This document shows, piece after piece, positions 59,217 through 60,387 of a stretch of DNA of 60,387 bases (its first letter is position 1; every line of letters begins with the position of its first letter). The notes below the pieces were generated by a model. That model made no database searches. It had not been told where the DNA came from and saw only the letters and a list, made by a program, of their open reading frames with translations. The stretch comes from an uncultured bacterium (lineage in GTDB: Bacteria; Zixibacteria; MSB-5A5; CAIYYT01). The position numbers and the translations under genes are program-made. The stretch lies in the NCBI GenBank assembly GCA_903930455.1, contig CAIYYT010000070.1, positions 1-60,387 on the forward strand. The letters run 5' to 3'.

Positions 59217-60387
59217 TTTCCCAAGATCAAGCGTTGACGCTTCTCAAAGCCGGACTCGTCGCTTCAACCGCAGACCAAACCGAACTGGTGTTAATCGGCG
59301 AAGATTTGAGTCTCACGCGCGTGGCCGAGTCGCAGATTCACCAGAACATGTATCGCTCCGACACCAACGTTTATATACGAGCGATCAAAGACAAGCGAGT
59401 TGGTATCACCTCCACCGGTGATCTAAGCGTGGAAGCCGTCAAGCGCGCAGTAAAGGATGCCTGTGACATTAGTCTGCTAATGCCCGTTGATGAGCAATTT
59501 GTCTCGCTGCCAACAGCAAAATCCTCGGACAAGGTAAATACGTATTTCAAAGACACCGCCGAAAACTCCCCTCAGCAGCGTGCCGATGCGGTCAAGAAGA
59601 TCATCGACAGGTGCTCAAAGGCGGACTTGTTGGCGGCCGGTGCCTATCGCAATTCAACCGAGACCGTCGCCGTACTGAACTCACTCGGTATTGAGCAGTT
59701 CAATATTAGCACCAAGGCAGAACTCTCAATGACCGTCACCGGCAATCGAGATAACGCTGGCTGGAGCATCGGATACGATCGCAGCGTAAAGAATATCGAT
59801 GTTGATGCGCTGGCGGCCACGGCGATCGACAAGGCGCAGAGATCAGTTGACCCGATCGCGTTCGAGTCCGGTCATTATGTCGTGATTCTGGAGCCGGCTG
59901 CCGTCGGACAACTGCTCTTATTTCTGGCCTTCATGGGTTTTGGGGGCAAGACGCTGTTTGAGAAACGATCCTTTATGTCCGGCAAGATTGGTGAGAAAAT
60001 TTGCGGTGACAACATGACGATCACCGAAGACCCGTTTAATCCTCTGATGCTTGGTGTGCCTTTTGACTACGAGGGTGTTCCCCGCAAACGTGTTCCTTTA
60101 ATCGAAAAGGGCATTGCGAAGGGGGGAGTCTACAACTCGTATTACGCCCACCTTGCAGGCGTTGAGTCAACCGGTCATGCACTGCCACCGAACAATAGCT
60201 TCGGGCCCTATCCCAAACACATGATTATGGATGCCGGCACGACGATACTTGCGGAAATGGTCAAATCTACCGCGAAAGGTGTATATATCACCCATTTCTG
60301 GTATGTCAATTACCTGAATCCCATGAAGACGATGGTTACCGGCACTACGCGTGACGGCACGTTCTTAATCGAAAACGGTACTGTCAC
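59213..60387 (+). CDS. TldE/PmbA partner subunit (3'-truncated by the window edge)
   Basis: ATGA overlap with tldD and open to the window end. LTRVAESQIHQN, VILEPAAV, FDYEG, STGHA and TGTTRDG motifs; no HExxxH seen. Confidence 0.88.
   Translation, partial: MISQDQALTLLKAGLVASTADQTELVLIGEDLSLTRVAESQIHQNMYRSDTNVYIRAIKDKRVGITSTGDLSVEAVKRAVKDACDISLLMPVDEQFVSLPTAKSSDKVNTYFKDTAENSPQQRADAVKKIIDRCSKADLLAAGAYRNSTETVAVLNSLGIEQFNISTKAELSMTVTGNRDNAGWSIGYDRSVKNIDVDALAATAIDKAQRSVDPIAFESGHYVVILEPAAVGQLLLFLAFMGFGGKTLFEKRSFMSGKIGEKICGDNMTITEDPFNPLMLGVPFDYEGVPRKRVPLIEKGIAKGGVYNSYYAHLAGVESTGHALPPNNSFGPYPKHMIMDAGTTILAEMVKSTAKGVYITHFWYVNYLNPMKTMVTGTTRDGTFLIENGTV

Overview
A mostly core-genome bacterial window of about 50 CDS. 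The lineage is probably FCB-associated, such as Zixibacteria; this is inferred from the FlgD-Ig/T9SS-type C-terminal domains, the split GlmU, and the DUF2723 and DUF4159/DUF4175 genes. Recognisable housekeeping genes include pdxS/pdxT, an M16 peptidase pair, a phosphohexomutase, CBS/CGL transsulfuration, a pterin operon (PTPS, folE2), ArsR plus a P1B-ATPase, lemA/TPM, nrdJ with NrdR boxes, folB-folK-dNK-panBCD, rsfS, rho, rpmE, prfA and tldD/tldE. The best candidate for an undescribed system is a four-gene minus-strand surface-fibre locus at 5908-9631. It encodes a pilin/WxL-like subunit, a two-domain chaperone-like protein, and two paralogous T9SS-CTD-type proteins. One of the latter carries a copy of the pilin's N-terminal TVTVTL putative donor strand, and two of the genes have sigma28-like promoters. 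Other notable items: folK has no start codon and is in frame with folB across one UAG; an aminotransferase lacks its PLP lysine; a CDP-alcohol phosphotransferase sits inside a tetrahydropterin-type operon; an AT-rich DUF2075-HNH-Vsr island has no methyltransferase; and a cluster of REP/REPIN-like elements is present. Family assignments come from motif recognition by eye, with no database searches. No rRNA, tRNA or CRISPR array was recognised.
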